Positions 43,495 to 54,188 of a stretch of DNA of 64,000 bases are shown here, piece after piece. Under the pieces are notes generated by a model. The model was not told the DNA's origin. It did not search any database and saw nothing but the letters and a program-made list of their open reading frames with translations. Source of the stretch: Rhodocyclaceae bacterium (lineage in GTDB: Bacteria; Pseudomonadota; Gammaproteobacteria; Burkholderiales; Rhodocyclaceae); assembly GCA_022072095.1 (NCBI GenBank), contig JAJVIJ010000013.1, forward strand, positions 109,273 to 173,272. The letters run 5' to 3'. The stretch's first letter is position 1. Each line of letters starts with the position of its first letter. The translations under genes were made by a program, and so were the position numbers.

Positions 43495-44738
43495 CAGCCT
43501 TCCATTACCACCGAGGCACCCTGTTCGTCGAAGGCGTCGACGTCCATTCGATCGCCGAGCAATATGGTACGCCCTGTTACGTGTATTCACGCGCAGCATT
43601 GATCGCGGCTTATGATGGCTATCGCGCAGCCTTGGCTGATCGCGACGCACTGATTTGCTACGCAGTGAAGGCGAATGCCAATCTCGCCATACTGAGCCTG
43701 TTTGCCAGACTGGGAAGTGGTTTCGACATCGTCTCCGGCGGCGAACTCGCGCGCGTCTTGGCGGCCGGCGGACAACCTGGAACAGTCGTGTTTTCCGGGG
43801 TCGGCAAGCGGGTTGAGGAAATTCGCGCTGCACTGACAGCGGGCATCTATTGCTTCAACGTCGAGTCCGAAGCCGAGCTCGCACGCATCGAGGACATCGC
43901 GCATGCGCTGAACGCGCGCGCCCCGATCGCGATCCGAGTCAACCCCGATATCGATGCGGGCACGCACCCCTATATTTCCACGGGCCTGAAGCGCAACAAG
44001 TTCGGCATTCCGCTGCCACAGGCCGAGGCACTGTATCGACGTATCCATAGTTCACCCCACTTGGAAATCAAGGGGATCGCTTGCCATATCGGTTCCCAGT
44101 TGCTTGACCCGGCCCCGGCTGCCGAGGCCGCTGCCCGCATCGCCGATCTGGCCAACCGCTTGTGCGCCGCCGGAATACGCCTGCAGCACCTTGACCTCGG
44201 TGGTGGACTTGGCATCAGCTATCGTGACGAACACGCCCCGAGCCCGGTCGAATTCATGCGACCGATCCTGGCGGCGATCGCCGGGCGCACGGAAAAACTG
44301 CTGATCGAGCCGGGCCGCTCCCTGGTGGGCGCGGCAGGCATGCTGTTGTCGCGTGTGGAATACCTGAAGTTCGGCGCTGAGCGCGACTTCGCCATCGTCG
44401 ACGCGGCCATGAACGACCTCATGCGCCCGGCGCTCTACGATGCCTACCACGACATCATTCCGGGCCACCGGCGCAGCGATCCGGCACGCGAGTTCGATAT
44501 CGTCGGTCCGGTATGCGAGAGTGGCGATTTCCTCGGTTTGGCACGACCCTTGGCCATCGCGGCAGGCGACCTGCTGGCGGTGACATCGGCCGGCGCATAC
44601 GGCATGGCCATGAGCTCCAACTACAATTCGCGTCCCCGAGCTGCCGAAGTAATGGTCGACGGATCCCTCACCCATCTGGTCCGGGAACGTGAAACGATTG
44701 CGCAGCTGTTTGCCAATGAGCATTCGCTGCCGTATTGA
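43491..44738 (+). CDS. lysA: Diaminopimelate decarboxylase
   Basis: 415 aa with the PLP-lysine context (YAVKAN) and typical motifs (GGGLGI, EPGRSLV, CESGD). Confidence 0.95.
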   Translation: MTAFHYHRGTLFVEGVDVHSIAEQYGTPCYVYSRAALIAAYDGYRAALADRDALICYAVKANANLAILSLFARLGSGFDIVSGGELARVLAAGGQPGTVVFSGVGKRVEEIRAALTAGIYCFNVESEAELARIEDIAHALNARAPIAIRVNPDIDAGTHPYISTGLKRNKFGIPLPQAEALYRRIHSSPHLEIKGIACHIGSQLLDPAPAAEAAARIADLANRLCAAGIRLQHLDLGGGLGISYRDEHAPSPVEFMRPILAAIAGRTEKLLIEPGRSLVGAAGMLLSRVEYLKFGAERDFAIVDAAMNDLMRPALYDAYHDIIPGHRRSDPAREFDIVGPVCESGDFLGLARPLAIAAGDLLAVTSAGAYGMAMSSNYNSRPRAAEVMVDGSLTHLVRERETIAQLFANEHSLPY

Positions 44739-44821
44739 GACCACCGTAAGACCACCGCGACCTACGCGGATCGACGCCGGACAGTCGAAATGTCCGAAGT
44801 AGCATATTGCATCGCAGCGCC

Positions 44822-44850
44822 TTGAAGCATCGTCGCCTTGCCGGTATATT
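44822..44850 (+). promoter_or_regulatory. Sigma-70-like promoter candidate (TTGAAG-N17-TATATT)
   Basis: Read directly. The spacer is exactly 17 nt. The element lies 84 nt downstream of the lysA stop and 47 nt upstream of a terminator hairpin. Confidence 0.35.
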
Positions 44851-44896
44851 CCCGACTTCGTCCCCGCATTCGACCACCGGGGTACTGAACTAACCC

Positions 44897-44930
44897 AAAA
44901 GCCGGTGCGCCTAGCGAGCCGGCTTTTTTT
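44897..44930 (+). terminator. Rho-independent terminator-like hairpin in the lysA-gltB spacer
   Basis: The stem AAAGCCGG / CCGGCTTT has a 13-nt loop and is followed by a T7 run. It ends 58 nt upstream of the gltB ATG. Confidence 0.55.
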
Positions 44931-44987
44931 CCGGTTTTCGGCCCCGTTCACGCCGTGCCGCGAGCGTTTTCACGAGGAACAAACAGT

Positions 44988-47900
44988 ATGGGTCTGCAGT
45001 CGCGCCAGGGTCTTTATGACCCTCGCCTGGAACATGACGCCTGCGGTGTCGGTTTCGTCGCGAACATCAAGAACGTCAAGAGCCATGGGATCGTTCGCCA
45101 GGGCCTCCAAATCCTCGAAAACCTGACCCATCGAGGCGCGACCGGCTACGACCCATTGCTTGGCGATGGCGCCGGCATCCTAATCCAAACCCCCGATGCC
45201 TTTTTGCGCGCTGAAGCCGGCGTATTGGGTATCTCGCTCCCACCCATCGGCCGATATGGAACCGGCATCGTCTTCCTGCCTCGGTCGGCGAATGGACGCC
45301 TGGCCTGCGAATCGGTCGTCGCGCGCATCGTCGATCAGGAAGGCCAGCGGTTCCTGGGGTGGCGCGACATCCCTAGAGACAATAGCGGTCTAGCCAAGGC
45401 GGCGCGGGCGATCGAGCCGGCGATGCGCCAGGTTTTCATCGGCATGGGGGACGATGTCGACTCGCAGGATGCCTTCGAGCGCAAGCTGTTCGTCATCCGG
45501 AAACGGGCCGAACACGCCGTCAAGGCCTTGGCGCTAGGCGATGGCGATCAGTTCTACATGCCGTCGTTGTCGTCGCGTACACTGGTCTATAAGGGCATGC
45601 TGCTCGCGCACCAAGTCGGCGAATACTATCTCGACCTGCAAGACAGTCGTCTGGTATCGGCGCTGGCGCTCGTACACCAGCGATTTTCGACCAATACCTT
45701 CCCCACCTGGGATCTTGCGCACCCTTTCAGAATGATCGCGCACAACGGCGAGATCAATACGCTGCGTGGCAATATCAACTGGATGGCCGCTCGCCAAAAG
45801 ACGATGGCGTCCGCTCTGCTGGGCGCCGATCTCGACAAGCTTTGGCCCTTGATCGTCGAAGGGCAATCGGATTCGGCCTGTTTCGACAATGCGCTGGAAT
45901 TGCTGGTGATGGGCGGTTACTCGCTCGCGCACGCCATGATGTTGCTCATCCCGGAAGCGTGGGCCGGCAACCCGCTCATGGACGAGGAGCGGCGCGCCTA
46001 TTACGAGTATCACGCAGCGCTGATGGAGCCCTGGGACGGACCGGCCGCCGTGGCATTCACAGATGGACGTCAGATCGGCGCCACGCTCGACCGCAATGGA
46101 CTCCGCCCAGCACGCTACCTGGTGACTTCCGACGACATGGTGATGATGGCCTCGGAAATGGGTGTGCTGCCCGTTCCGGAAGAGAAAATCGTCAAAAAAT
46201 GGCGTCTGCAACCCGGCAAGATGTTCCTGATCGACCTGGAGTCAGGTCGCATCATCGACGATACCGAAATCAAGCAGCAACTGTCGAATGCACAGCCCTA
46301 CCGCGACTGGATCGAGCGCTCGCGCATCCTCGTTGCCGAACTACAGACTGCGACGCTCGCGCCCGGTGCCCCACCCCCTTTGCTGGATACGCAACAGGCG
46401 TTCGGCTATACGCAGGAGGACGTCAAATTCATCCTCGTGCCAATGGCCTCGGCCGGCGAGGAGGCGGTCGGGTCGATGGGAAACGACGCCACGCTGGCCG
46501 TGCTGTCCAACCGGACACGATCGCTCTACGACTATTTCAAGCAGCTCTTCGCTCAGGTGACGAACCCGCCGATCGACCCGATCCGCGAAGAAATCGTCAT
46601 GTCGCTGACCTCGTTCATAGGCCCAAGGCCCAACCTCCTCGGCATCGATGAATCCGATCCGCCACCGCGACTGGAAATCGATCAGCCGATACTCGGCCCA
46701 GACGAACTTGCGAAGCTGATCGAGATCGACGCCCTCACGGGGGGGCGCTTCCGCTCCCTCGTGCTGGACATCACCTATCCCTGTTCCGATGGCACGGCGG
46801 GCATGGAGACGGCCCTTGCGCGACTGGCGAAAGCGGCCGAGGACTCGGTCAGCCAGCACTACAACATCGTCATTCTCTCGGATCGCGCGGTCGCGCGGGA
46901 CCGCATAGCGATTCCCGCACTGCTGGCCTGCTCGACGGTGCACCACCACTTGGTCAAGACGGGCCTACGCACCAGTACCGGTCTGGTCGTCGATACCGGC
47001 AGCGCACGTGAGACGCACCACTTCGCGCTGCTGGCCGGCTACGGCGCCGAGGCCGTCTGCCCATGGCTCGCCTACGCGTCGATCGAGGAACACCTGGATC
47101 AGTTGCCTCAAGGCGTGTCTGCCAAGGAAGCGCGCAAGCGCTATGTCAAAGCGATCTGCAAGGGTTTGCTCAAGGTCATGTCCAAGATGGGCATATCCAC
47201 CTACCAGTCCTATTGTGGCGCGCAAATCTTCGAAGCCATCGGCCTGAACAGCGAGTTTGTAGATCGCTATTTCCGCGGTACGCCGACTAATGTCGAAGGC
47301 ATTGGACTGGAGGAGATCGCGAGAGAAACCTTGCTGATACACGAAGCTGCTTTCGGGGACGATCCGGTTCTCGCGATACAACTGGATGCGGGCGGACAGT
47401 ACGCCTTCAGGATTCGCGGCGAGGCCCACATGTGGACGCCCGATTCGATCGCGAAACTTCAGCACGCGACGCGCTCGGGCCGCTTCGATACCTACCAGGA
47501 ATATGCCCAGCTGATCAATGATCAGAGTGCGCGGCTGATGACGCTGCGCGGCCTGTTCGAGATACTCCCGGCCGGTCCGCCGATTCCGATCGAAGAGGTG
47601 GAACCAGCGGTCGATATCGTCAGGCGATTCTCCACCGGCGCGATGTCCCTGGGCTCGATCTCGACGGAGGCGCATGTCACGCTGGCGATCGCGATGAACC
47701 GCATCGGGGGCAAATCGAATACCGGCGAGGGGGGTGAAGACCCGGTACGCTATGCCGCCGTCGAAGAGACCACCTCATTGTCCAGGCTGATCGGAAACTC
47801 GCGCATCGAGGCCGACATCCAGGTACGCAAGGGCGACTCGCTGCGCTCCCGCATCAAGCAGGTGGCCTCGGGGCGTTTCGGCGTCACTGCGGATTACCTC

Positions 47901-49655
47901 GCTTCCGCCGACCAGATCCAGATCAAGATGGCGCAGGGAGCGAAACCTGGGGAAGGCGGCCAGCTCCCTGGGCACAAGGTTTCCGAGTACATCGGCTTTC
48001 TGCGCCACTCGGTGCCCGGTGTCGGCCTGATTTCGCCACCGCCGCATCACGACATCTATTCGATCGAGGATCTGGCCCAGCTCATTCACGACCTCAAGAA
48101 TGCCAACCCGGAAGCGTCCATCTCGGTCAAGCTGGTATCCGAAGTCGGTGTCGGCACGGTTGCGGCGGGCGTTGCCAAGGCCAAAGCCGACCATGTGACG
48201 ATCGCCGGTCATGACGGTGGCACCGGTGCTTCGCCGATCTCATCCATCAAGCACGCCGGTACCCCCTGGGAAATCGGCCTCGCGGAGACGCAGCAGACAC
48301 TGGTGCTGAACGGCTTGCGTGGACGCATCGCGGTGCAGGTGGACGGCCAACTCAAGACGGGCCGAGACGTGCTGATCGGAGCGCTGCTCGGGGCCGATGA
48401 GTTCGGCTTTGCGACCGCGCCACTGGTCGTCGCCGGCTGCATCATGATGCGCAAGTGTCATCTGAATACCTGCCCGGTCGGTGTAGCGACACAGGACCCC
48501 GTTCTGCGTCGCCGCTTCACCGGCCAGCCTGAGCACGTGGTCAACTACTTTTTCTTCGTCGCGGAAGAAGTCCGGGCCCTGATGGCGCAAATGGGCATAC
48601 GCCACTTCGAAGAGCTGATCGGACGTTCCGACCTGCTGAGCAAACGTGCAGCCATCGACCACTGGAAAGCGCGTGGCCTCGATTTTTCGCGCGTTTTCTA
48701 TATGCCGCCGGTCGGCGACCAGGTCGCACGCCGCCACCTGGAAACCCAGGATCACGGCCTGGCGCGCGCGCTCGACCATGAAATCATCGCGCGTGCGCGG
48801 CCCGCGTTGGAGCAGGCGCAGCATACGACTGTCGAGTTGCCGATTCGCAACGCCAACCGCACCGTCGGCGCGATGCTGTCTCACGAGATCGTCAAACGCC
48901 ATGGCCCGGCGGGCCTCCCGGACGGCACGCTCACCGTCAAGTTGTCGGGTACGGCCGGACAAAGTTTCGGCGCCTTCCTCGCGCACGGGGTAACGCTGGA
49001 GCTCGATGGCGAAGCCAATGATTATGTCGGCAAGGGCCTTTCCGGCGGCCGCATCGTCATTCGGCCGGCGCGCGGCTTTCGTGGCCGTCCCGAGGAAAAC
49101 ATCATCGTCGGCAACACGGTGCTGTACGGCGCCATTGCCGGAGAGGCCTTCTTCCGGGGCGTGGCGGGTGAGCGGTTTGCGGTGCGAAACTCCGGTACCG
49201 TGGCGGTGGTCGAGGGCACCGGCGACCATGGCTGCGAATACATGACCGGTGGCGCGGTCGTGGTACTGGGCAAGACCGGCCGCAACTTCGCGGCCGGCAT
49301 GTCAGGCGGAGTCGCTTATGTGCTCGACGAAGACGGCACGTTTGCGTCGCGCTGCAACCTTTCGATGGTCGCGCTCGAACCGGTGCCGGAAGAGGCCGAG
49401 GCAGCCGAGACCGGTGAAGTCGAAGCGCATGGCAAGGTCGACGTCAACCCGCTCGGCCTGGCCGATGAGGTGCTGCTGAAAAACATGATCGGCCAGCATC
49501 TGCACTACACCGGCTCCGACCGCGCCCGCATGATTCTTTCCGACTGGAGCACTTATCGCATACGCTTCGTCAAGGTCATGCCCCACGAATACCGGCGCGC
49601 CTTGCGCGAAATGGCCGACAAGCAGGCGCCCACCGGCGCCATGCGCGCCGCTTAG
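44988..49655 (+). CDS. gltB: Glutamate synthase (NADPH) large subunit
   Basis: Track ORF trimmed to the ATG at 44988 ([23 protein letters not shown], containing the N-terminal Cys of the amidotransferase domain). GAGGA lies 9 nt upstream. The product is about 1555 aa. Confidence 0.97.
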   Translation: MGLQSRQGLYDPRLEHDACGVGFVANIKNVKSHGIVRQGLQILENLTHRGATGYDPLLGDGAGILIQTPDAFLRAEAGVLGISLPPIGRYGTGIVFLPRSANGRLACESVVARIVDQEGQRFLGWRDIPRDNSGLAKAARAIEPAMRQVFIGMGDDVDSQDAFERKLFVIRKRAEHAVKALALGDGDQFYMPSLSSRTLVYKGMLLAHQVGEYYLDLQDSRLVSALALVHQRFSTNTFPTWDLAHPFRMIAHNGEINTLRGNINWMAARQKTMASALLGADLDKLWPLIVEGQSDSACFDNALELLVMGGYSLAHAMMLLIPEAWAGNPLMDEERRAYYEYHAALMEPWDGPAAVAFTDGRQIGATLDRNGLRPARYLVTSDDMVMMASEMGVLPVPEEKIVKKWRLQPGKMFLIDLESGRIIDDTEIKQQLSNAQPYRDWIERSRILVAELQTATLAPGAPPPLLDTQQAFGYTQEDVKFILVPMASAGEEAVGSMGNDATLAVLSNRTRSLYDYFKQLFAQVTNPPIDPIREEIVMSLTSFIGPRPNLLGIDESDPPPRLEIDQPILGPDELAKLIEIDALTGGRFRSLVLDITYPCSDGTAGMETALARLAKAAEDSVSQHYNIVILSDRAVARDRIAIPALLACSTVHHHLVKTGLRTSTGLVVDTGSARETHHFALLAGYGAEAVCPWLAYASIEEHLDQLPQGVSAKEARKRYVKAICKGLLKVMSKMGISTYQSYCGAQIFEAIGLNSEFVDRYFRGTPTNVEGIGLEEIARETLLIHEAAFGDDPVLAIQLDAGGQYAFRIRGEAHMWTPDSIAKLQHATRSGRFDTYQEYAQLINDQSARLMTLRGLFEILPAGPPIPIEEVEPAVDIVRRFSTGAMSLGSISTEAHVTLAIAMNRIGGKSNTGEGGEDPVRYAAVEETTSLSRLIGNSRIEADIQVRKGDSLRSRIKQVASGRFGVTADYLASADQIQIKMAQGAKPGEGGQLPGHKVSEYIGFLRHSVPGVGLISPPPHHDIYSIEDLAQLIHDLKNANPEASISVKLVSEVGVGTVAAGVAKAKADHVTIAGHDGGTGASPISSIKHAGTPWEIGLAETQQTLVLNGLRGRIAVQVDGQLKTGRDVLIGALLGADEFGFATAPLVVAGCIMMRKCHLNTCPVGVATQDPVLRRRFTGQPEHVVNYFFFVAEEVRALMAQMGIRHFEELIGRSDLLSKRAAIDHWKARGLDFSRVFYMPPVGDQVARRHLETQDHGLARALDHEIIARARPALEQAQHTTVELPIRNANRTVGAMLSHEIVKRHGPAGLPDGTLTVKLSGTAGQSFGAFLAHGVTLELDGEANDYVGKGLSGGRIVIRPARGFRGRPEENIIVGNTVLYGAIAGEAFFRGVAGERFAVRNSGTVAVVEGTGDHGCEYMTGGAVVVLGKTGRNFAAGMSGGVAYVLDEDGTFASRCNLSMVALEPVPEEAEAAETGEVEAHGKVDVNPLGLADEVLLKNMIGQHLHYTGSDRARMILSDWSTYRIRFVKVMPHEYRRALREMADKQAPTGAMRAA

Positions 49656-49663
49656 GACACACC

Positions 49664-51130
49664 ATGGGAAAACCGACCGGTTTCATCGAGTATCAGCGTC
49701 TGAACGAAGCCTACGCCCCCGCCGCCGAGCGCATTCGGCACTATCGCGAATTCGCGTTGCGGCTGGATGACCGTCAGGCCTCGTTGCAGGGTGCGCGCTG
49801 CATGGACTGTGGCATTCCGTTCTGCACGCATGGCTGCCCGGTGAACAACATCATTCCGGACTGGAACGACCTCGTATACAGGAATCGATGGCGCGCGGCG
49901 ATCGACGTTCTTCATTCCACGAACAATTTTCCGGAACTCACCGGGCGCATTTGTCCGGCACCGTGCGAAGCCGCATGTACGCTGAACATCAATAGCGAGG
50001 CGGTCGCCATCAAGTCGATCGAACGCTCGATCATCGACCACGCCTGGGAGCAAGGCTGGGTCGTGCCGCAGCCCGCGTCCGTCAAGACCGGAAAGAAAAT
50101 CGCCATCGTCGGCTCCGGCCCGGCCGGGTTGGCTTGCGCGCAGCAACTCGCCCGCGCCGGACACGCGGTCACCGTGATTGAAAAGAACGATCGCGCGGGT
50201 GGCCTGCTCCGCTATGGCATCCCGGATTTCAAGCTGGAGAAGGTCCAGATCGATCGCCGCATCGAGCAGATGCGCGCCGAAGGGGTCGAGTTCATGACCA
50301 GCACGCTGGTTGGCGCGCTGCCCGCGGGCAGTGTCGTCACCAATCTCGCGACCCGGCGACTCGATCCCGAGACCCTGCTGGGCGAGTTCGACGCACTTGT
50401 GCTGGCGGGTGGTGCCGAGCAGCCGCGTGACCTGCCGATTCCCGGCCGTGAGCTGGACGGAATCCATTTCGCGATGGAGTTCCTGCCGCAACAGAACCGT
50501 GTCAACGCCGGCGATGCGCTCACTGGCCAGCTCCGCGCCGACGGCAAGCATGTCGTGGTCATCGGTGGTGGCGACACTGGCTCGGACTGTGTCGGCACGT
50601 CGATCAGACAGGGCGCCGCCTCCGTCAGCCAGTTCGAGTTGCTGGCGCAACCCCCGGAACAGGAAGACAAGGCGCTGGTCTGGCCGTATTGGCCGATCAA
50701 GCTGAGGACATCCAGTTCTCACGAGGAAGGATGCCGGCGTGACTGGGCCGTCACCACCAAGGCGTTCCTTGGCGAGAATGGCCGGATCAAACGCTTGCTG
50801 GCAGCGCGTGTGCGTTGGGAGAACGGCAGAATGTCCGAGATTCCGGGCAGCGAATTCGAGATGCCGGCCGATATGGTCTTGTTGGCCATGGGGTTTGTGG
50901 GCCCGGTAGCCAGCGTCCTGGACACCTTCGGCGTCGAGAAGGATGCACGCGGCAATGCCCGCGCCGGCACCGAAGGCCCGGGCTGCTACGCCACCAACGT
51001 GCCCAAGGTTTTTGCGGCCGGCGACATGCGCCGTGGCCAGTCGCTCGTCGTCTGGGCGATACGCGAAGGCCGGCAGTGCGCGCGCGAGGTCGATGCCTTT
51101 CTCATGGGCCGGTCTGATCTGCCGCGTTAG
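49664..51130 (+). CDS. gltD: Glutamate synthase (NADPH) small subunit
   Basis: 488 aa starting [12 protein letters not shown]. Fe-S cysteine clusters are present along with two dinucleotide folds ([10 protein letters not shown] and VIGGGDTG). Confidence 0.97.
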   Translation: MGKPTGFIEYQRLNEAYAPAAERIRHYREFALRLDDRQASLQGARCMDCGIPFCTHGCPVNNIIPDWNDLVYRNRWRAAIDVLHSTNNFPELTGRICPAPCEAACTLNINSEAVAIKSIERSIIDHAWEQGWVVPQPASVKTGKKIAIVGSGPAGLACAQQLARAGHAVTVIEKNDRAGGLLRYGIPDFKLEKVQIDRRIEQMRAEGVEFMTSTLVGALPAGSVVTNLATRRLDPETLLGEFDALVLAGGAEQPRDLPIPGRELDGIHFAMEFLPQQNRVNAGDALTGQLRADGKHVVVIGGGDTGSDCVGTSIRQGAASVSQFELLAQPPEQEDKALVWPYWPIKLRTSSSHEEGCRRDWAVTTKAFLGENGRIKRLLAARVRWENGRMSEIPGSEFEMPADMVLLAMGFVGPVASVLDTFGVEKDARGNARAGTEGPGCYATNVPKVFAAGDMRRGQSLVVWAIREGRQCAREVDAFLMGRSDLPR

Positions 51131-51938
51131 GCGCAGGCGGGCCTGGCGCCGGTGGGCCGCGGCGCTGCTGCCGAGCGCGCTGCTGCTGGGCGTCGGTTTG
51201 GCGCTGGCCACCTCGCCTGCCAATCAGGGGTTGTTCATGCTCGGCAATGCCTGGAGCCGAACCCTGCCCGATGCGTTCTGGTCCGCCCTGACATTGCTGG
51301 GGACCGCGGCCGGTGCCTTCGCGCTGTTCGGCCTGCTGCTCAGGGCCCGTCCCCAGTACTTTGCTGCCGGCATGCTTGCCGCCCTTCCCGGCAGCCTTTA
51401 CTCCTATGGCCTGAAGCGCATCATGGACTTGCCCAGACCGGCCGCCGCGCTCGCATCCGGGCAGTTCCACCAGATCGGCGAGGTGCTGCGACACCACGCC
51501 TTTCCTTCGGGTCATGCACTCACCGCCTTCGCCTTCGCCGGCATCGTCCTGTGGCTGCCACCACGCCGGCGGGTGGTGCCCATCGCGCTCGCGGTCGCAC
51601 TGGCTGCGGCCGTGGCGGTGAGCCGCATCGCGGTGGGAGCACATTGGCCGGCAGACCTGCTCGCCGGTGCCGCGGGAGGCTGGCTGGCGGCCGCGATCGG
51701 CGTCGCGTGGAGCGAACATTGGCGCTTCTGGGAGTGCCGCCGCGGCGTCGTGGTCATGGCCACCGTCCTGGCGGGCATGGGTGTCTACCTGTGCTATCAG
51801 GATCTCGGCTACCCGCTCGCCGGCGAATTCCAGTATGGGCTGGCCGCTCTGGCATTCATCGGTTGTGTCGCCGCCCTGCTGCCATCGCGGCCGGAGGCCG
51901 CCCGGCCACCAGCGCATCCTGTTCGGCAACAGGAATGA
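51093..51938 (+). CDS. PAP2-superfamily membrane phosphatase (start uncertain)
   Basis: The tripartite PAP2 motif is visible: [14 protein letters not shown] and [14 protein letters not shown]. There are several TM helices. The only ATG upstream of the first helix (51093) lies 38 nt inside gltD. The alternatives are an in-frame TTG near 51197 or the ATG at 51236. Confidence 0.72.
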   Translation: MPFSWAGLICRVRRRRAWRRWAAALLPSALLLGVGLALATSPANQGLFMLGNAWSRTLPDAFWSALTLLGTAAGAFALFGLLLRARPQYFAAGMLAALPGSLYSYGLKRIMDLPRPAAALASGQFHQIGEVLRHHAFPSGHALTAFAFAGIVLWLPPRRRVVPIALAVALAAAVAVSRIAVGAHWPADLLAGAAGGWLAAAIGVAWSEHWRFWECRRGVVVMATVLAGMGVYLCYQDLGYPLAGEFQYGLAALAFIGCVAALLPSRPEAARPPAHPVRQQE

Positions 51939-52188
51939 TCCTAGAAACCTCAGTTGATTGCTCCATGCCGTTGCGGACATCAGCATGCACGCTGACTTTT
52001 CTGCCCTTGCTCGCCTTCACCTGTTGGGCGAGATCGCTACGTACCCGCTGGCACGCCTGCTCACGCGCCTGCCTTTGTCGCGCCTCCTTGCAGGCCCCGG
52101 CCTGCGGCGTCGTTGCTTCGTGGCAGGCACGCGATCAGACGCACCATCGGGCGCGTCCAACTGCGGCTTCTAGGATGATCGAAACAAC

Positions 52189-53151
52189 ATGATCCGACGC
52201 ATCGGCACGGTCGCGCTCACCCTCGCGCTCGTGCTCTGGGTGCTGGCACAAAGCTCGCCCGGAAATTTCGAAACATTGCTCGCGCGCGCCGGCTGGTCGG
52301 CGATGCTGCCGGCCGTGCTCGGGCTGTTCGCGAGCTATGCGCTGCGTGCGCTGCGCATCTGGGACGAGTTCCGCCACGACACCGCATTGAGCTATCTGGA
52401 CTGCTTGCGTCTGATGCTGATTCATAACGCGTTCGTGAACCTGTTGCCATTGCGCAGCGGCGAGCTGGCGTTCCCGGTACTGCTCAAGCGTCACGCCGGG
52501 ATTGGCTACGCGCGCTCGACCGGTTCCCTCCTCTGGTGGCGACTCCAGGACATCAGCGTGCTCCTGGGCATCGCCGCGCTGGCCTGGCCGGAACTGCCCC
52601 CCGCCATGCGAGTGCTGGTGCTGGCGGGCTGGTTTGCGCTGATATTCGCCGGTACTGGCTACGCACACCGCTATGAGTCCCGGCTGGACACTCTGTTCGC
52701 TTCCAGCCCCGGGATGCCGACGACGGGCCTGTTCGGCAAGCTGCTCGTCGCGTTCGCTCAGGCGACGCGCGCGTCGAGACGCGGCTGGCTATGGACCATC
52801 GCGAACTGGAGCGTCAAACTCGTCGCCCAATCGATACTGTTGGCAGCCCTGTTGCCCGGTGAATTGCGCGTCGCGGCAGTGGGTGTGCTCGGCGCGGAAG
52901 CGGCCGCCGTGCTGCCCGTACAAGGTGTGGCCGGCTTCGGCAGTTTCGAGGCGGGCGCCGCGGCCGCGCTTGCCACCCAGAGCTATGCGTTTTCCGACGG
53001 GCTAAGGGTCGCGCTGCTGCTGCATCTGTTCGTTCTCGCCTGTGCCGTGCTGGCTTCCTTCCCGGCCTGGCTACTCCAGCGATCTTCGACTGCATCGCTG
53101 TTAAGCTCAACCGAAAAAGCCGGACGATCCGGAGACACACCGACACCATGA
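52189..53151 (+). CDS. Lysylphosphatidylglycerol-synthase TM-region-like (UPF0104, flippase-like) membrane protein
   Basis: 320 aa polytopic protein. The N-terminal pattern ..ALTLALVLWVL..W..L..A..L....Y.LRALRW/IW.. resembles the MprF flippase-region family. No C-terminal synthase domain is present. Assignment by recognition only. Confidence 0.65.
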   Translation: MIRRIGTVALTLALVLWVLAQSSPGNFETLLARAGWSAMLPAVLGLFASYALRALRIWDEFRHDTALSYLDCLRLMLIHNAFVNLLPLRSGELAFPVLLKRHAGIGYARSTGSLLWWRLQDISVLLGIAALAWPELPPAMRVLVLAGWFALIFAGTGYAHRYESRLDTLFASSPGMPTTGLFGKLLVAFAQATRASRRGWLWTIANWSVKLVAQSILLAALLPGELRVAAVGVLGAEAAAVLPVQGVAGFGSFEAGAAAALATQSYAFSDGLRVALLLHLFVLACAVLASFPAWLLQRSSTASLLSSTEKAGRSGDTPTP

Positions 53152-54188
53152 ACACTGCTACCGGCCCCGCGACGCCCGGCCAATCAACCGCTCCCGCTCA
53201 CCGCCTTTCCGTTGTCATCCCGATGTACAACGAAGTGGACAACTGCGCGCCGCTGCTCGAACGCATGCATGCCGCGCTCGCGTCCTACCCCCACCCCTGG
53301 GAACTGATTCTGGTCGATGACGGCAGTACCGACGGTACGGTCGAGGCACTGTCCTTCCTGTCGGCCGAATACGGTCCCCATGTCCGGGTGATCCCGCTGG
53401 TGCGCAACTACAAGCAGACCGCAGCCATGCAGGCCGGACTCGATGCCGCACGCGGTGACGTCATCGTGACGATGGATGGCGATCTTCAGAACGACCCGGA
53501 AGATATTCCGCGCATGGTCGCGCGACTGCTGAACGAACAACTGGACCTGGTCGCCGGCTGGCGCAAGGACCGCAAGGACAACTGGCTGCTTCGTCGTCTG
53601 CCCTCGCAGCTGGCCAACCGGCTGATCGCACGCGCAACCGGTGTCAGGCTGCACGACTATGGTTGCAGCCTGAAAGCGTTCCGCGCGAGCACCATCAAGC
53701 GAGTGAAGCTCTACGGCGAAATGCACCGCTTCATTCCTGCGTGGCTCACGACGGTGACGCGACCTGGACGCATCGCCGAGGAGGTGGTCAATCACCATCC
53801 GCGCATACTGGGCCAGTCCAAGTACGGGCTCTCGCGCACCTTCCGCGTCGTGCTCGATCTGGTATCGGTCTATTTTTTCATGCGTTACCGCAGCCGGCCG
53901 GGCCATTTCTTCGGCGGCATCGGGATCGCGCTCGGGCTGATCGGCGGCGCCATTCTGTCCTATCTGATGGCGCTCAAGCTGATCTATGCCGAATCCATCG
54001 GCACGCGACCACTGTTCTTCCTTGGATTTTTCCTGGTCATCGCGGCACTGCAGATGGTCACCACCGGCGTGCTCGCGGAGATCGTCGCACGCGTGTACTT
54101 CGAGTCTGGGGCCAGCCAGCTCTACCTGGCCCATGATGAGGACAATCTCCCGGACGAACAGGCCGGCTGGCATCAGCCCAATCCATGA
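53148..54188 (+). CDS. GT2 polyprenyl-phosphate glycosyltransferase (ArnC/GtrB/DPM1-like)
   Basis: 346 aa with LSVVIPMYNE, ILVDDGSTDGT and MDGDLQNDPEDI motifs plus two C-terminal TM helices, the ArnC/GtrB-type architecture. ATGA overlaps join it to both neighbours. Confidence 0.88.
   Translation: MNTATGPATPGQSTAPAHRLSVVIPMYNEVDNCAPLLERMHAALASYPHPWELILVDDGSTDGTVEALSFLSAEYGPHVRVIPLVRNYKQTAAMQAGLDAARGDVIVTMDGDLQNDPEDIPRMVARLLNEQLDLVAGWRKDRKDNWLLRRLPSQLANRLIARATGVRLHDYGCSLKAFRASTIKRVKLYGEMHRFIPAWLTTVTRPGRIAEEVVNHHPRILGQSKYGLSRTFRVVLDLVSVYFFMRYRSRPGHFFGGIGIALGLIGGAILSYLMALKLIYAESIGTRPLFFLGFFLVIAALQMVTTGVLAEIVARVYFESGASQLYLAHDEDNLPDEQAGWHQPNP

Noticed and set aside
49652-51223. 523-aa minus-strand ORF.
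   Set aside because: It is antisense to gltD, whose Fe-S and dinucleotide-fold motifs are clear. It is a shadow ORF.
51965-52192. 75-codon Cys/Arg-rich ORF (MPLRTSACTLTFLPLLAFTCWARS...) filling the 250-bp gap before the MprF-TM-like gene. Its TGA overlaps that gene's ATG.
   Set aside because: The ATGA overlap and hydrophobic N-terminus are tempting. However, there is no Shine-Dalgarno sequence, and third-position GC (roughly two thirds, by hand count) is no better than a competing frame. The composition looks like random GC-rich translation. It is kept only as something to test by ribosome profiling, and the gap is more likely a promoter/regulatory region.
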